A stretch of 64,000 nucleotides of DNA from Fischerella sp. JS2 (GTDB lineage Bacteria > Cyanobacteriota > Cyanobacteriia > Cyanobacteriales > Nostocaceae). Numbering within the stretch: the first letter of the stretch is position 1; each line of letters starts with the position of its first letter. Made by a program: the position numbers and the translations under genes. Below, in pieces: positions 30,903 through 42,716 of this stretch. The stretch is from contig NZ_CP135918.1 in NCBI RefSeq assembly GCF_032393985.1, forward strand, positions 4,525,724 through 4,589,723, in the 5' to 3' direction. Below the pieces are notes generated by a model. It searched no databases and was not told the origin of the DNA. It saw only the letters and a list, made by a program, of their open reading frames with translations.

Positions 30903-33098
30903 ATGGAAGGCTCACAAGATTCCTCTAATAAAAGTAAACAAAAGCAAAATAAAATACTTCGTTTCGCAGCATCTGTAATCACGACTTTGACTTTAGCTGG
31001 TAGCATTTATACTGCTAGCGCTAATCCGATTAAGAAAGCTACTCCCCAAGAATTCGCCTCAGTCCCAACCCAAATTCAGCAGACACAACCAACGACTATT
31101 CAACTTGCAGGTGTGTCACCTTGGGGAATCGTCCCCATTATTGTTGTGGGTGGTGTGGTGATTTTTGTCCCCCTGTTTTTTGGCGGACTGGTTGTGATTG
31201 GTGAGCGAGAAGTTGGTATTGTTATTAAAAAATTTACCATTTCTGGACGTGGACTCCCCGCCGGACGCTTAATCGCGATGAATGGCGAAGCTGGTTTTCA
31301 GGCTGATACCCTAGCCCCTGGTTGGCATTGGGGCTATTGGCCTTGGCAATACTCAGTGAAAAAAGAGCCAGTCGTTGTTGTTCCTCAAGGTGAAATTGCC
31401 CTGATTGTAGCGGAAGATGGTACACACACCCCACCCGAACGTATTTTGGGCAAGGTTGTAGAATGCGATAATTTTCAAGACGCCCGGAAATTCCTGACTA
31501 ATGGCGGGGAAAAAGGGCGACAAATGGGTTTTCTCACAGCTGGTACTTACCGAATCAACACTGCCCTATTTAAGATCATCACAGCAGCTAACGCCAGCAA
31601 ACATGGTATGAGTCCAGAACACTTGCGGGTGTATCATGTTGCAGGTGACAAAGTTGGTATCGTTACCACTCTAGATGGTCTTCCTATTCCTGGTGGTGAA
31701 ATTGCAGGTCCGGTGATCGCCGCTCACGACAACTTTCAAAATGGACAAAGATTCATTGATGGTGGTGGACGTCGGGGTTTGCAAGAACAGATTTTGCTTT
31801 CTGGTTCTTGGAATTTGAATCCTTGGTTTGTCCAGGTTGAGCAAGTGCCAATGACAGAAATTCCCATTGGTTATGTGGGTGTGGTGATTTCATTCGTTGG
31901 TAAAGCGCACGAAGATGTGAGTGGTGCAGCTTTTACTCACGGTAACTTAGTGAACCCTGGACACAAAGGCGTCTGGATAGAACCACTGTATCCAGGTAAA
32001 CACCCAGTCAATACTCGCGTCATGAAGATTGAGTTGGTTCCAACGACCAACATTGTTTTAAATTGGTCGAGCCGCACCGAACGCCATAATTATGACGCCA
32101 AACTCGGCTCTTTAACAGTGCGTTCTAAAGACGGGTTTGCTTTTGACTTGGAAATTGCCCAAATTATCCACGTTGGCGCTTTGGATGCTCCCAAGGTGAT
32201 CTCTCGAGTAGGTTCAATGCAGAATTTAGTGGATCATGTGTTGGAACCAACAATCGGTAACTATTTCCGCAACTCAGCCCAAGATTACACGGTGCTGGAC
32301 TTTCTAAGCGCTCGCAGTGAACGGCAAGCAGAAGCCGCCGATTATATTAGAGTAGCGCTGCGGGCTTATGATGTACAGGCGATCGATACTCTGATTGGTG
32401 ATATCCAACCGCCAGCAACGTTGATGCAAACGCAAACAGACCGGAAAATTGCCGAAGAACAGCGTAAAACCTTTGAAGTTCAGCAGCAGGCGCAAACTCA
32501 AAGACAGCAGCTGGTACGGGAAACAGCTTTGGCTGATATCCAACAAGATATGGTCAAGTCGGAGCAGGGTGTCAAAATTGCTGAACTCAAAGCTCAAGCT
32601 GACATTCAACAAGAGGCGGTAAAATCTGAGCAAGGCGTAAAAATTGCCGAACTTAAAGCCAATGCCAAAGTTAAAGAAACCACAGGTGAAGCCGAAGCCA
32701 TTCGTTTAAGAGCCGACGCAGAAGCTCAATCTTTACGACTCAAAAGCCTGGCTGAAGCCGAAGCCATCCGCGCCACAGGTAACGCTAAAGCAGAAGCTTA
32801 CCACGCTGGGGTGGAAGCCTTGGGTTCACAGGGTTACACAGCCATGCAGTTGATGCAAATTATCGGCGATCGCCATGTCCGTCTCATCCCCGATGTCTTA
32901 GTTGGTGCTAACAATGGCACTAGCAACGGTTTGGTTGATGGGTTACTTTCGATGATTTTATGGAATCAAACAGCTAAACCAGGTGAAATCATTTCACCGT
33001 TGCAGCCGAAACCACCAGTTACCGAACCAGAACCAATTCAACTAAATGGTAATTCACCCGTGGTTGTTGATTTCCCGTTGGATGGGAATGTTGGTTAG
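30903..33098 (+). CDS. Flotillin-like SPFH/Band-7 family membrane protein (731 aa) with an Ala/Glu-rich coiled-coil C-terminus
   Basis: N-terminal signal/TM segments, an SPFH-like core, then EA-repeat heptads (AKAEAEAIRLRADAEAQSL...) characteristic of flotillin/YqiK C-termini. Confidence 0.55.
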   Translation: MEGSQDSSNKSKQKQNKILRFAASVITTLTLAGSIYTASANPIKKATPQEFASVPTQIQQTQPTTIQLAGVSPWGIVPIIVVGGVVIFVPLFFGGLVVIGEREVGIVIKKFTISGRGLPAGRLIAMNGEAGFQADTLAPGWHWGYWPWQYSVKKEPVVVVPQGEIALIVAEDGTHTPPERILGKVVECDNFQDARKFLTNGGEKGRQMGFLTAGTYRINTALFKIITAANASKHGMSPEHLRVYHVAGDKVGIVTTLDGLPIPGGEIAGPVIAAHDNFQNGQRFIDGGGRRGLQEQILLSGSWNLNPWFVQVEQVPMTEIPIGYVGVVISFVGKAHEDVSGAAFTHGNLVNPGHKGVWIEPLYPGKHPVNTRVMKIELVPTTNIVLNWSSRTERHNYDAKLGSLTVRSKDGFAFDLEIAQIIHVGALDAPKVISRVGSMQNLVDHVLEPTIGNYFRNSAQDYTVLDFLSARSERQAEAADYIRVALRAYDVQAIDTLIGDIQPPATLMQTQTDRKIAEEQRKTFEVQQQAQTQRQQLVRETALADIQQDMVKSEQGVKIAELKAQADIQQEAVKSEQGVKIAELKANAKVKETTGEAEAIRLRADAEAQSLRLKSLAEAEAIRATGNAKAEAYHAGVEALGSQGYTAMQLMQIIGDRHVRLIPDVLVGANNGTSNGLVDGLLSMILWNQTAKPGEIISPLQPKPPVTEPEPIQLNGNSPVVVDFPLDGNVG

Positions 33099-33142
33099 TA
33101 ATTGGTGATTTGCACTTTCATAATTAATTCAATTCAATTAAG

Positions 33143-33195
33143 TAGTCGCCATGAAGTATTACAAATTTCATGACGACTATTTAGGTTTATTTTCG
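33143..33195 (+). terminator. Rho-independent terminator after the flotillin-like gene
   Basis: 12-bp stem AGTCGCCATGAA / TTCATGACGACT followed by a T-rich run. Confidence 0.5.
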
Positions 33196-33571
33196 GGGGA
33201 TTTTTCAAGATTATACTAATGTGAAAAAAAGAGTGCGACAGATGAATTCTGTAGAGATGCGATTTATCGCTCTCATATTCTGAATGTGTCGCAAACATTA
33301 CCTAATTTTGTGGAGAGACAATATCATAGGTTATGTAAAAATAGAATTGTACCAAGGGTCAAAATTAATTAGTGTGATTGCATCTAAAACAGCAAGTGAT
33401 GGTGTTTTTGCATGGATAACAAATAGACCAATACTACAAGGATTTTATATTAGAGTGACTAGTTTAGAAGACGAAAATGTTTTTAGTAGATTACAGTTAA
33501 GGTAATAGTTTTTTATTAAAGTACTTAAATTTATCTATCTCTATACTTTTCATAAAATTTAATTTTTTATT

Positions 33572-35338
33572 TTGAAATTTATAAAAGAACGCTATCGCTT
33601 CATTAAACAAATTGGTCAAGGGGGAGATTGTCAAACTTTTCTCGCTGTTGATGAAGGTCAATCTCTTTCATTTTTTTGTGTTGTCCAACAATTTGCAAAA
33701 CAAGATTATACACCTGAAACTTTTGTACAAAAAGCACAACGATTAGAGGAATTGGGTAAACATCCACAAATTCCTATCCTTGTAGCATATTTTGCCGAAA
33801 ATGATCATTTTTATTTAGTACAAGAGTTGATTGAGGGTAAGGATTTAGCTGCGTTGTTAGAAGAACAGGGAGCTTTTAATGAAACTCAAATTTGGCAACT
33901 TTTAGAAACTTTGTTGCCTGTGATTAAATTTATAAGCGATCGCAATGTTATTCACTGTGATATTAAACCAGAAAATATTATCTTAAAATCCTCCTCTAAC
34001 TTCACAAACGGGAATCTATTTTTAGTTGATTTTAGTACAGCAAAACTGCTACCACATCAGCAAATCTTGGCTAAAAAAAGTTTAGGTAGTCCAGAATATG
34101 CGGCACCAGAACAAATGCAAGGTCAAGCTGTTTTTGCCAGTGACCTTTATAGTTTGGGTGTAACCTGTATTTACTTACTTACCCATATTTCCCCTTTTGA
34201 TTTATTTGATATTGCCAATAATTCCTGGGTTTGGCAACAATATTTAACTGTGAAAGTGAGCGATCGCTTAGTTAAAATAATTGATCAACTGATAGAAACT
34301 GACATGAGTCGTCGCTTTCGATCAGCTGATGAAGTTATGCAAGCGATGGGTATTAATTCAACTCAAAATCTACCAGTCTGGGAACGAGGCAAAATTCCCA
34401 ATCATGTACAAGAATGCTTACATACTTTAACAAGATATCCAAGTGATTTGAGTAGTGTAAATTCTGTTGCTATTAGTCCTGATGGTCAAATATTAGCCAG
34501 TGGTCATGATGACAAAACTATTAAATTGTGGAATTTAAACACCCACAAACTGATATCTACGTTAACTGGACATTCCCAAGCCGTGAAATCAGTTGCTTTC
34601 AGTCCAGAGGGAAATACTTTGGCAACAGCAAGCGATGATAAAACTATTAAGTTATGGAATCTGAATACTCTTGAGGAAATTTTTACTCTCTATGGACATT
34701 TAAGTGCTGTCAAATCAGTTGCTTTTAGCCTTAGAGGAATTTTGGCTAGTGGCAGCTGGGATAAAACAGTTAAACTTTGGAATATCACAACAGGTCAAGA
34801 GATTTCTACCTTAACCGGACATCAGTTACAGGTAAGTGCTGTTGCATTTAGTCCTCAAAATCAACTACTTGCGAGTGCTAGTTTTGACAGGACAATTCGT
34901 CTGTGGGATTTGTCTCCCCTTCACACCCAAACACAGAAAAAATTTGAAAACTGCACATGCTATAGCCTTTGTGGTCATGCTTGGGCAGTTTTGACAGTCG
35001 CCTTCAGTCCGGATGGTAAAATCTTGGCAACTGGTAGCGATGATAACACTATAAAATTATGGAACGTAAATACTGGTCAGGTAATTCACACACTATTAGG
35101 TCATTCGTGGTCAGTTCTAGCAGTGGCTTTTAGTGCCGATGGCAAACTACTAATTAGTGGTAGTAGAGACACTACAGTCAAGCTTTGGAGAGTAAGTACA
35201 GGGGAAGAAATTGTTACTCGCACCGGACATGTGGATTCAGTATCTGCTATTGCTGTTGACCCTGTTGCACAACTAATTGTAAGTGGCAGCAGGGATAAAA
35301 CTATCAAGCTATGGCAGCTTTTACAACAGCAAGGATGA
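33572..35338 (+). CDS. Ser/Thr protein kinase (divergent, non-RD) fused to seven WD40 repeats
   Basis: N-terminal Hanks-type kinase domain with APE and DIKPENI motifs, but variant G-loop GQGGDC, HCD in place of HRD and DFS in place of DFG. The C-terminus carries seven GH-x-SV-x-VAFSPDG-x-LASGS-DKTIKLW WD40 repeats. The TTG start lies in an AT-rich region. Confidence 0.85.
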   Translation: MKFIKERYRFIKQIGQGGDCQTFLAVDEGQSLSFFCVVQQFAKQDYTPETFVQKAQRLEELGKHPQIPILVAYFAENDHFYLVQELIEGKDLAALLEEQGAFNETQIWQLLETLLPVIKFISDRNVIHCDIKPENIILKSSSNFTNGNLFLVDFSTAKLLPHQQILAKKSLGSPEYAAPEQMQGQAVFASDLYSLGVTCIYLLTHISPFDLFDIANNSWVWQQYLTVKVSDRLVKIIDQLIETDMSRRFRSADEVMQAMGINSTQNLPVWERGKIPNHVQECLHTLTRYPSDLSSVNSVAISPDGQILASGHDDKTIKLWNLNTHKLISTLTGHSQAVKSVAFSPEGNTLATASDDKTIKLWNLNTLEEIFTLYGHLSAVKSVAFSLRGILASGSWDKTVKLWNITTGQEISTLTGHQLQVSAVAFSPQNQLLASASFDRTIRLWDLSPLHTQTQKKFENCTCYSLCGHAWAVLTVAFSPDGKILATGSDDNTIKLWNVNTGQVIHTLLGHSWSVLAVAFSADGKLLISGSRDTTVKLWRVSTGEEIVTRTGHVDSVSAIAVDPVAQLIVSGSRDKTIKLWQLLQQQG

Positions 35339-35463
35339 AGGGTGAAGGGTGTAGACGAGGCAGTGCGGTGGACGGGTTTCCCGGCATAAAGCATCTGCCG
35401 TGCGCTCATAGGCTTCTCGTAGAGTAGGATGAAGTGTGAAGGATGAAGTATTAATTTTAATAC

Positions 35464-35570
35464 TTCTGCCTTCTGCCTTCTGCCTTCTGCCTTCTGCCTT
35501 CTGCCTTCTGCCTTCTGCCTTCTGCCTTCTGCCTTCTGCCTTCTGCCTTCTGCCTTCTGCCTTCTGCCTT
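35464..35570. repeat. Tandem octamer repeat (CTTCTGCC/TTCTGCCT) of about 13 copies
   Basis: Read directly from the sequence. It creates the artefactual ORFs 35321..35599 (-) and 35436..35624 (+). Confidence 0.9.
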
Positions 35571-35573
35571 TTT

Positions 35574-35900
35574 CTAGGCGCTACCTGTGAAGGTAACATC
35601 AGGGAATTTCCCTTGTGCTTCTGACATCGGGCGGTTTCTACCTTCCTCTTGCCAGTAGTTGATAACTTCGGTAGCTTTATTGAGTAACTCTACCCGATCT
35701 ACTTCAGTAATCCAGTGTTTTGACTCTAGCTCTTTTTTGAGTTCTTCCCAGGCATCATTTCTGGGCCAGAAAAAGTACTTTGTCAACGGACTAGTACCTT
35801 TACCTACCACCTGATCAACCGCCAAGGCGACGTTTTCATCTAACCACAATATTTTCAAAATGAATTTGGACAATCGCACCTCCGGGATATTTCCGGGCAA
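35574..35900 (-). CDS. Plastid-specific 30S ribosomal protein 3 homolog (PSRP-3/Ycf65)
   Basis: [46 protein letters not shown] matches the Ycf65 family. TTG start. Confidence 0.65.
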   Translation of the reverse strand: MPGNIPEVRLSKFILKILWLDENVALAVDQVVGKGTSPLTKYFFWPRNDAWEELKKELESKHWITEVDRVELLNKATEVINYWQEEGRNRPMSEAQGKFPDVTFTGSA

Positions 35901-36056
35901 TACTTAACTAATGACAGATCGCTTATTCTATCGCAATCCTTGCCGAGTGAACAAATTGAGTGGGAGATGGGGAACTCACTGGCCCCTGGTGGGGATTAGG
36001 GGCAGTGGGGTGATAGGGAGGTGGGGAGTAAACAACTAACCACTAACAACTAAATT

Positions 36057-36833
36057 ATGAACACAATTGTTATTTTTGATATTGATGGTGTTGTGCGCGA
36101 TGTGAGTGGTTCCTATCGTCGAGCGCTTGCAGATACTGTGGAGAATTTTACAGTAGGAGCCTATCGTCCTACATCAGTGGATATTGACCAGTTAAAGTCT
36201 GAAGGGATTTGGAATAATGATTGGGAGGCATCCCAAGAGTTAATCTATCGCTATTTTGAAACCCAAGGACAGCCCCGCGAACAATTAGGGTTGGACTACA
36301 AAAATATTGTTGCTTTTTTTCAAGCTCGTTATCGAGGTACAGATCCCGAAAATTTTACTGGGTATATTTGTGATGAACCTTTATTATTAAGTCCTAGCTA
36401 TCTTGAACAACTGACTTTAGCTGGTATTGCTTGGGGATTTTTCAGTGGTGCAACTCGTGCTTCTGCGAACTATGTTTTGCAAGGTCGTTTGGGTTTACAA
36501 TCTCCTGTTTTGATTGCGATGGAAGATGCCCCAGGAAAACCAGATCCTACCGGACTTTTCGCGACTGTTCGACTGTTGAAAGATAATATTGACAATTTAT
36601 CAATGATTGTATATGTGGGAGATACAGTAGCTGATATGTATACAGTAGAGAAAGCGCGAAATCTCCAACCTGAAAAAACTTGGATTGGTGTAGGGGTGTT
36701 ACCACCACACGTCCAAGAAACGACAGCACGGCGTAATGCTTATGGCGAGACACTACGGCAAGCAGGAGCAGCTATAGTTTTGAATAATGTGCAGGAATTA
36801 ACACCAGCAAAGATTCGGCAATTGTGTTATTGA
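36057..36833 (+). CDS. HAD-superfamily hydrolase (subfamily IA-like, cyanobacterial hypothetical clade)
   Basis: The N-terminal FDIDGVV catalytic motif I and the later GDT.AD motif IV are present. 258 aa. Confidence 0.7.
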   Translation: MNTIVIFDIDGVVRDVSGSYRRALADTVENFTVGAYRPTSVDIDQLKSEGIWNNDWEASQELIYRYFETQGQPREQLGLDYKNIVAFFQARYRGTDPENFTGYICDEPLLLSPSYLEQLTLAGIAWGFFSGATRASANYVLQGRLGLQSPVLIAMEDAPGKPDPTGLFATVRLLKDNIDNLSMIVYVGDTVADMYTVEKARNLQPEKTWIGVGVLPPHVQETTARRNAYGETLRQAGAAIVLNNVQELTPAKIRQLCY

Positions 36834-37272
36834 TCCGCATGTGAAAAATTACTACAAGAATTGGATAGCTTGGGTGATAATCCTAAGATTGGTGATATTT
36901 GGTAATCGCCTTATTTAAATGCTGTCTGCTCTGAAACACTACGTCTTTATCCGGTGACAATGCTTGCCTGACCTCCATCAGTGGTGATGTTGGAATGCTA
37001 GAGATTAATGGCTATATGCTGTAGAGCCAGAAGTGCTAGTGAACGCGATCGCCACTCTGGTAAATCAGAAGTAAGGCTATACTTTTCCGAAGAAGCCAGC
37101 AAGAGGTTTATTTACTATAGGGCGAGTGCTGCCCAGTGTGTTAAACTCTTCTTTATTTACGTGAGCTGATTTTATTTGCGCCTATTACCTATATCCTCAC
37201 CAGAGGCCAAGCCTCCTAGTGTCGTCTTACCCAAACTTTAACTAAGTTACAAAACAACAACCGCTAACCACC

Positions 37273-37307
37273 AAATAAAAAAAAGGGATAGGCGGTGTGC
37301 CTACCCC
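37273..37307 (-). terminator. Intrinsic terminator of ahcY
   Basis: On the minus strand the transcript reads GGGGUAGG-CACACCG-CCUAUCCC followed by UUUUUUUUAUUU, about 75 nt downstream of the ahcY stop. Confidence 0.65.
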
Positions 37308-37382
37308 AAGGCAATAGCCTTAGAAAACCTAGCTATAGCTTACGCTTTTCTTCAATGACTTTTGGTAAATTATCGGTAAAGA

Positions 37383-38672
<1,290 letters not shown>

Positions 38673-39208
38673 CTATTCAAAGTAATAAAGTTACGTAATT
38701 CTTACGCACTCTACTAGATTATTCCAAGACTGACGAATTCAACCAAAATTTTTAGTTTTAAATTCATGTTTTGGGAATTGGGGAAGGGGGGAACGGGGAA
38801 TAGGCACTCTTGCAAAAGGGAAATTTCTCAGGTAGAAGTTTGGGGATTTGAATCAGATACATTTAAATATCAAAGGTCATCGCCTCATTTCAATAATTTT
38901 TTCTAAATCAATTTAAGGGCTTCTAAATTTAGGGGTTAATTATTCTCCTGTTTCCCAATCCCCATTCTCTATTCCCTATTACCTTTTCAGCCGTTGAGCT
39001 TGCGTAGAGTAAAAATAATTTTGAACAAAGAATAAACTTCCTCTAAAGTAAATAAGAGTAAATACTCAACTGTAGACAGGTATAATCACTGAAACAGATT
39101 TGGCAGTATGAATTAAATTCAGTGACCAGTTGTCAATTATCAGTTATCAATCACTGGTTACTGATTACTGTTCACTGTTCACTGTTCACTGAATAAAGGA
39201 GGTATCCA

Positions 39209-40861
39209 TTGCGCTCTCGATTTGTAGCGATCGCTTTCTCTTCAATAGTCGTCACTGTTGGAGTAATGCCACAAGCTACAGCGCAGATTCCCTTTATACC
39301 CAATCTGCAACCCCCGAATTTGCGGAGTAGTGAATCGGAAAGCAGAACAGTTACAGGCTGGGTTTATTTGGATGGTAAGCGTTTATTTCAGATCACCGCA
39401 CCAAGAGCAAATATTACGGAGCGTTTAGAGAATATCCAACAAAAAGTCGATCAAATTAGCCAAGAATACTTTCAAAATCCGGATGCAAAACTGGATGTGC
39501 AAGTTAAGACTGAAAACGGATTGCCAGTCATTTATGTCAATGACCAACAGTTAATGACTATTACTTACCAAGATGCCAGACTGCGACAGGTAGATCCTTT
39601 GACGTTGGCAAATCAAATCTCCCAAAGCTTACGAGAACAATTACAACAGGCAAAACAAGAGCGAGAACCAGAATTTTTAGTCCGCCAGGGTGCAATTGCT
39701 GTTGGATGTGGACTAAGCATCCTTATCATTAGTTGGGGACTAACTTGTTGGAAAAACCGCTCACAAAGGACTTTAATCCAACAGCAACTAGCTTCTACCG
39801 CTTCACCAACAGCTAGACCAATAACAACACAGCTAAATCAACAGCAACAACGCCATATCCAAGAAGTCACAAAACGGCTGTATCAGATCGCCCAAGTAGG
39901 TATTTGGGGAGGCGGAGGATTATTTATCCTGGGTTTGTTTCCCTATACGCGATCGCTCCAGTCAGGAATTTTCCTTGGTTTGCAATTTCCCGTGATCTTA
40001 GGTGCTGTAGCAATTGGAACTTATGTATCGGTGCGTCTAAGCTATGTACTTATTGATCGCTTCACCTCTGCTTTTGTTAGTAGTAGCGCTTTACTAACTC
40101 CAGAAACTTCTGAACGTCTACAACTGCGAGTTTCTACGATTTCAGGTGTAGCAAAAAGTATAGTTACGATTGTCTGTATGGGGGTGGGTATTTTATGTGC
40201 GCTGCTGGCCTTAGGTATAGATGTTGTTCCTTTGCTAGCAGGTGCAGGTTTAGTTGGTGTAGCTGTATCTCTCGCCTCCCAAAACTTGATCAAAGATGCG
40301 ATTAACGGTTTTTTGATCATCCTGGAAGACCAGTACGCTTTAGGTGATGTCATTTCTGTAGGGACTGTGGGAGGTTTAGTAGAAAATCTGAATCTGCGGA
40401 TGACTCAAGTTCGAGATGCAGAAGGACGCTTAATCACCATTCCCAACAGTGAAATTAAAATCGTCGCCAATCTCTCTAGTCGTTGGTCACGCGCTGATTT
40501 AACAATTCCAGTTGACTACAAAACTGATATTGACGAGGCTTTGAGTTTAATTCAGAAAGTCGCCATAGAAATGGATGAAGACCCCAAATGGCAACATCAA
40601 ATTGTTGAAACACCCCAGGTTTTAGGAATAGACAACTTTGGCGATCGCGGTTTATTAATTCGTGTTTGGATCAAAACCCAGCCACTCAAGCAATGGGACG
40701 TAGCCCGAGAGTTTCGCCGCCGTCTCAAAATCGCCTTCGACCATGCAGGAATTTTTATTCCCGTCCCCCAACAAGCCATCTGGGTAAATGATGCTCAATT
40801 GTTAGTTAGTTCAGATTCAAGAGTCAGGGGTCAACAGTCAAAAGTCAATGGTCATCAGTAG
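39209..40861 (+). CDS. Mechanosensitive ion channel (MscS family) with an extended N-terminal periplasmic/TM region
   Basis: Signal peptide, several TM helices, and the MscS pore-helix and beta-domain motif (LIILEDQYALGDVISVG...G.VE.LNLR.T.VRD..G..I.IPNS). Confidence 0.85.
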   Translation: MRSRFVAIAFSSIVVTVGVMPQATAQIPFIPNLQPPNLRSSESESRTVTGWVYLDGKRLFQITAPRANITERLENIQQKVDQISQEYFQNPDAKLDVQVKTENGLPVIYVNDQQLMTITYQDARLRQVDPLTLANQISQSLREQLQQAKQEREPEFLVRQGAIAVGCGLSILIISWGLTCWKNRSQRTLIQQQLASTASPTARPITTQLNQQQQRHIQEVTKRLYQIAQVGIWGGGGLFILGLFPYTRSLQSGIFLGLQFPVILGAVAIGTYVSVRLSYVLIDRFTSAFVSSSALLTPETSERLQLRVSTISGVAKSIVTIVCMGVGILCALLALGIDVVPLLAGAGLVGVAVSLASQNLIKDAINGFLIILEDQYALGDVISVGTVGGLVENLNLRMTQVRDAEGRLITIPNSEIKIVANLSSRWSRADLTIPVDYKTDIDEALSLIQKVAIEMDEDPKWQHQIVETPQVLGIDNFGDRGLLIRVWIKTQPLKQWDVAREFRRRLKIAFDHAGIFIPVPQQAIWVNDAQLLVSSDSRVRGQQSKVNGHQ

Positions 40862-41144
40862 TGGTTGGTTGTTGATTGTTGGTTGTTGATTGTTGTAGAG
40901 ACGCGATGCCTCGCGTCTGTACATTAGTGGTTATAAATCAGTTAACAGTGAGTAATTTAATTTGATAACTGATAACTGATCACTGCATATAGTACTTATG
41001 TACTATAATAGAAAAGGATTCACAAAGTGAAATGCGGAAAGGACAAAAGGACAAAGGAACAAGGATTTTAAATCCCTTTACCTTTTCCCTTTCCCGTTTT
41101 CTCCGACTAGACAGACTTCTGGAGATGGGTCAAGGATTTGCCAT

Positions 41145-41408
41145 ATGATTAAGCATTATATTCTCAGCCTCAATCCAACTGCTAAACATGACTGGGATCG
41201 GTGTATTCTACGTGATCCACTAACAGCCAAGCGTCCAGATCTTGCCAAACTAGTGGCTGAGGCTGTTGGTACTGACACAGGTAGCTATTTGGTGAGTGTG
41301 AATATTGAAGTAAAAGTTTTAGAACAAGCAACTGTAGTTCAAGCCGAACAATTATCTTTAAATGTTTCAGATGTAAACGAAAAGCCACAACTAAGGGAAG
41401 TAGCATAA
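41145..41408 (+). CDS. Hypothetical protein (87 aa)
   Basis: ORF only; no motif recognised. Confidence 0.3.
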   Translation: MIKHYILSLNPTAKHDWDRCILRDPLTAKRPDLAKLVAEAVGTDTGSYLVSVNIEVKVLEQATVVQAEQLSLNVSDVNEKPQLREVA

Positions 41409-41670
41409 TTAAAATTGAACAGTCCTACCTATACTAAAGGTTAGGTAGGGATTGTATCTAGACTCTACCGCAATTGCGGCAACTATTAGCTATACTCCAA
41501 TTACCCATTACCAACACGAGAATTAGATTATTACTGTAAGCAGTGGAAAAATTACACACATTATTTCAGCCTGCTTTTGAGTTTTTCGGCTTATGACTCT
41601 GGGCAGGTTAAATATCAAGCAAGTGTTGTTAATATATATAGAATAATTAAAAAATATCGTTTTATTTAAA

Positions 41671-42447
41671 ATGCCGACTGCTTTAATTACAGGAGCCTCC
41701 GGTGGTATTGGCAGAGCCTTTGCTGAGGAGTTAGCTGCACAAAATCATAATCTTGTTCTTGTTGCTCGTTCAGAAGACAAATTAAACGAATTAGCCAACC
41801 AATTAAACCAAAAATATCAAATCCAAGTTGATGTAATATCTAAAGATTTAACAGAGCTAGGTGCTACTAATGCCGTCTTTGAGTTTACCAAAGAAAAAGG
41901 ACTGACAATTGATTTATTAATTAACAATGCCGGTTTTGGAGACTACGGAGACTTTGCCGAAACAGATGAAGAACGGCAAATAAAAATAGTGCAATTGAAT
42001 GTTTTGGCATTAGTAGATTTAACCCATAAATTCTTACCACTAATGCGACAACGCGGTTCTGGCAGTATTATTAATGTTTCTTCTTTAGCTGCATTCCAAC
42101 CGATACCATATCTTTCTGTTTATTCTGCTAGTAAAGCTTTTGTACGTCATTTTAGTGAAGCATTATGGGCAGAAAATCGTCGATATGGCATTCGCGTTTT
42201 AGTTTCTTGTCCAGGCCCGACAGAAACAAACTTTTTCACAGAAGCAAAATTTCCACCAACTCTTGCAAGTAAAAACACTCAAGTATCAACTTCAGAACAA
42301 GTCGTGAAAGAAACGCTTAAAGCATTGGCAAGAGGAGATTCTACTGTTGTAATTGGCGGATTTTCGACTCACTTCATTACCAAAGTAGCTGGTGTAGTCC
42401 CACGTGAGACTTTGTTGAATCTTTTGGAAAAGCAGTTTAAAGCTTAA
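41671..42447 (+). CDS. SDR-family short-chain dehydrogenase/reductase
   Basis: TGASGGIGRA Rossmann motif, NNAG and the catalytic YxxxK (YSASK). Confidence 0.9.
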   Translation: MPTALITGASGGIGRAFAEELAAQNHNLVLVARSEDKLNELANQLNQKYQIQVDVISKDLTELGATNAVFEFTKEKGLTIDLLINNAGFGDYGDFAETDEERQIKIVQLNVLALVDLTHKFLPLMRQRGSGSIINVSSLAAFQPIPYLSVYSASKAFVRHFSEALWAENRRYGIRVLVSCPGPTETNFFTEAKFPPTLASKNTQVSTSEQVVKETLKALARGDSTVVIGGFSTHFITKVAGVVPRETLLNLLEKQFKA

Positions 42448-42716
42448 TATTTGTTAGTGGTTAGTGGTTAGTAGTTAGTGGTCAAATACTACCTACTAAC
42501 TCAGGGCTATTTCATTCTTGGCCTAACCCGCCCAGAAATCAAGTTTCCGGGCTAATAGCCTAAGTCCTTTAAAACGGACTCATAGCTTATTTAGTCGGTT
42601 TTAACAGACTTGAACTATGAGCCAAGAATTTTTAATTCTTGGTGGACTAGGGGAAAATCTAACTACTAACTACTAATGTACAGACGCGATTAATCGCGTC
42701 TGTACTAACTACTAAC

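Noticed and set aside
35321-35624. ORFs 35321..35599 (-) and 35436..35624 (+) with QKAEGRR or LPSAFC repeats
   Set aside because: They are translations of the CTGCCTTC octamer tandem repeat and have no independent coding evidence.
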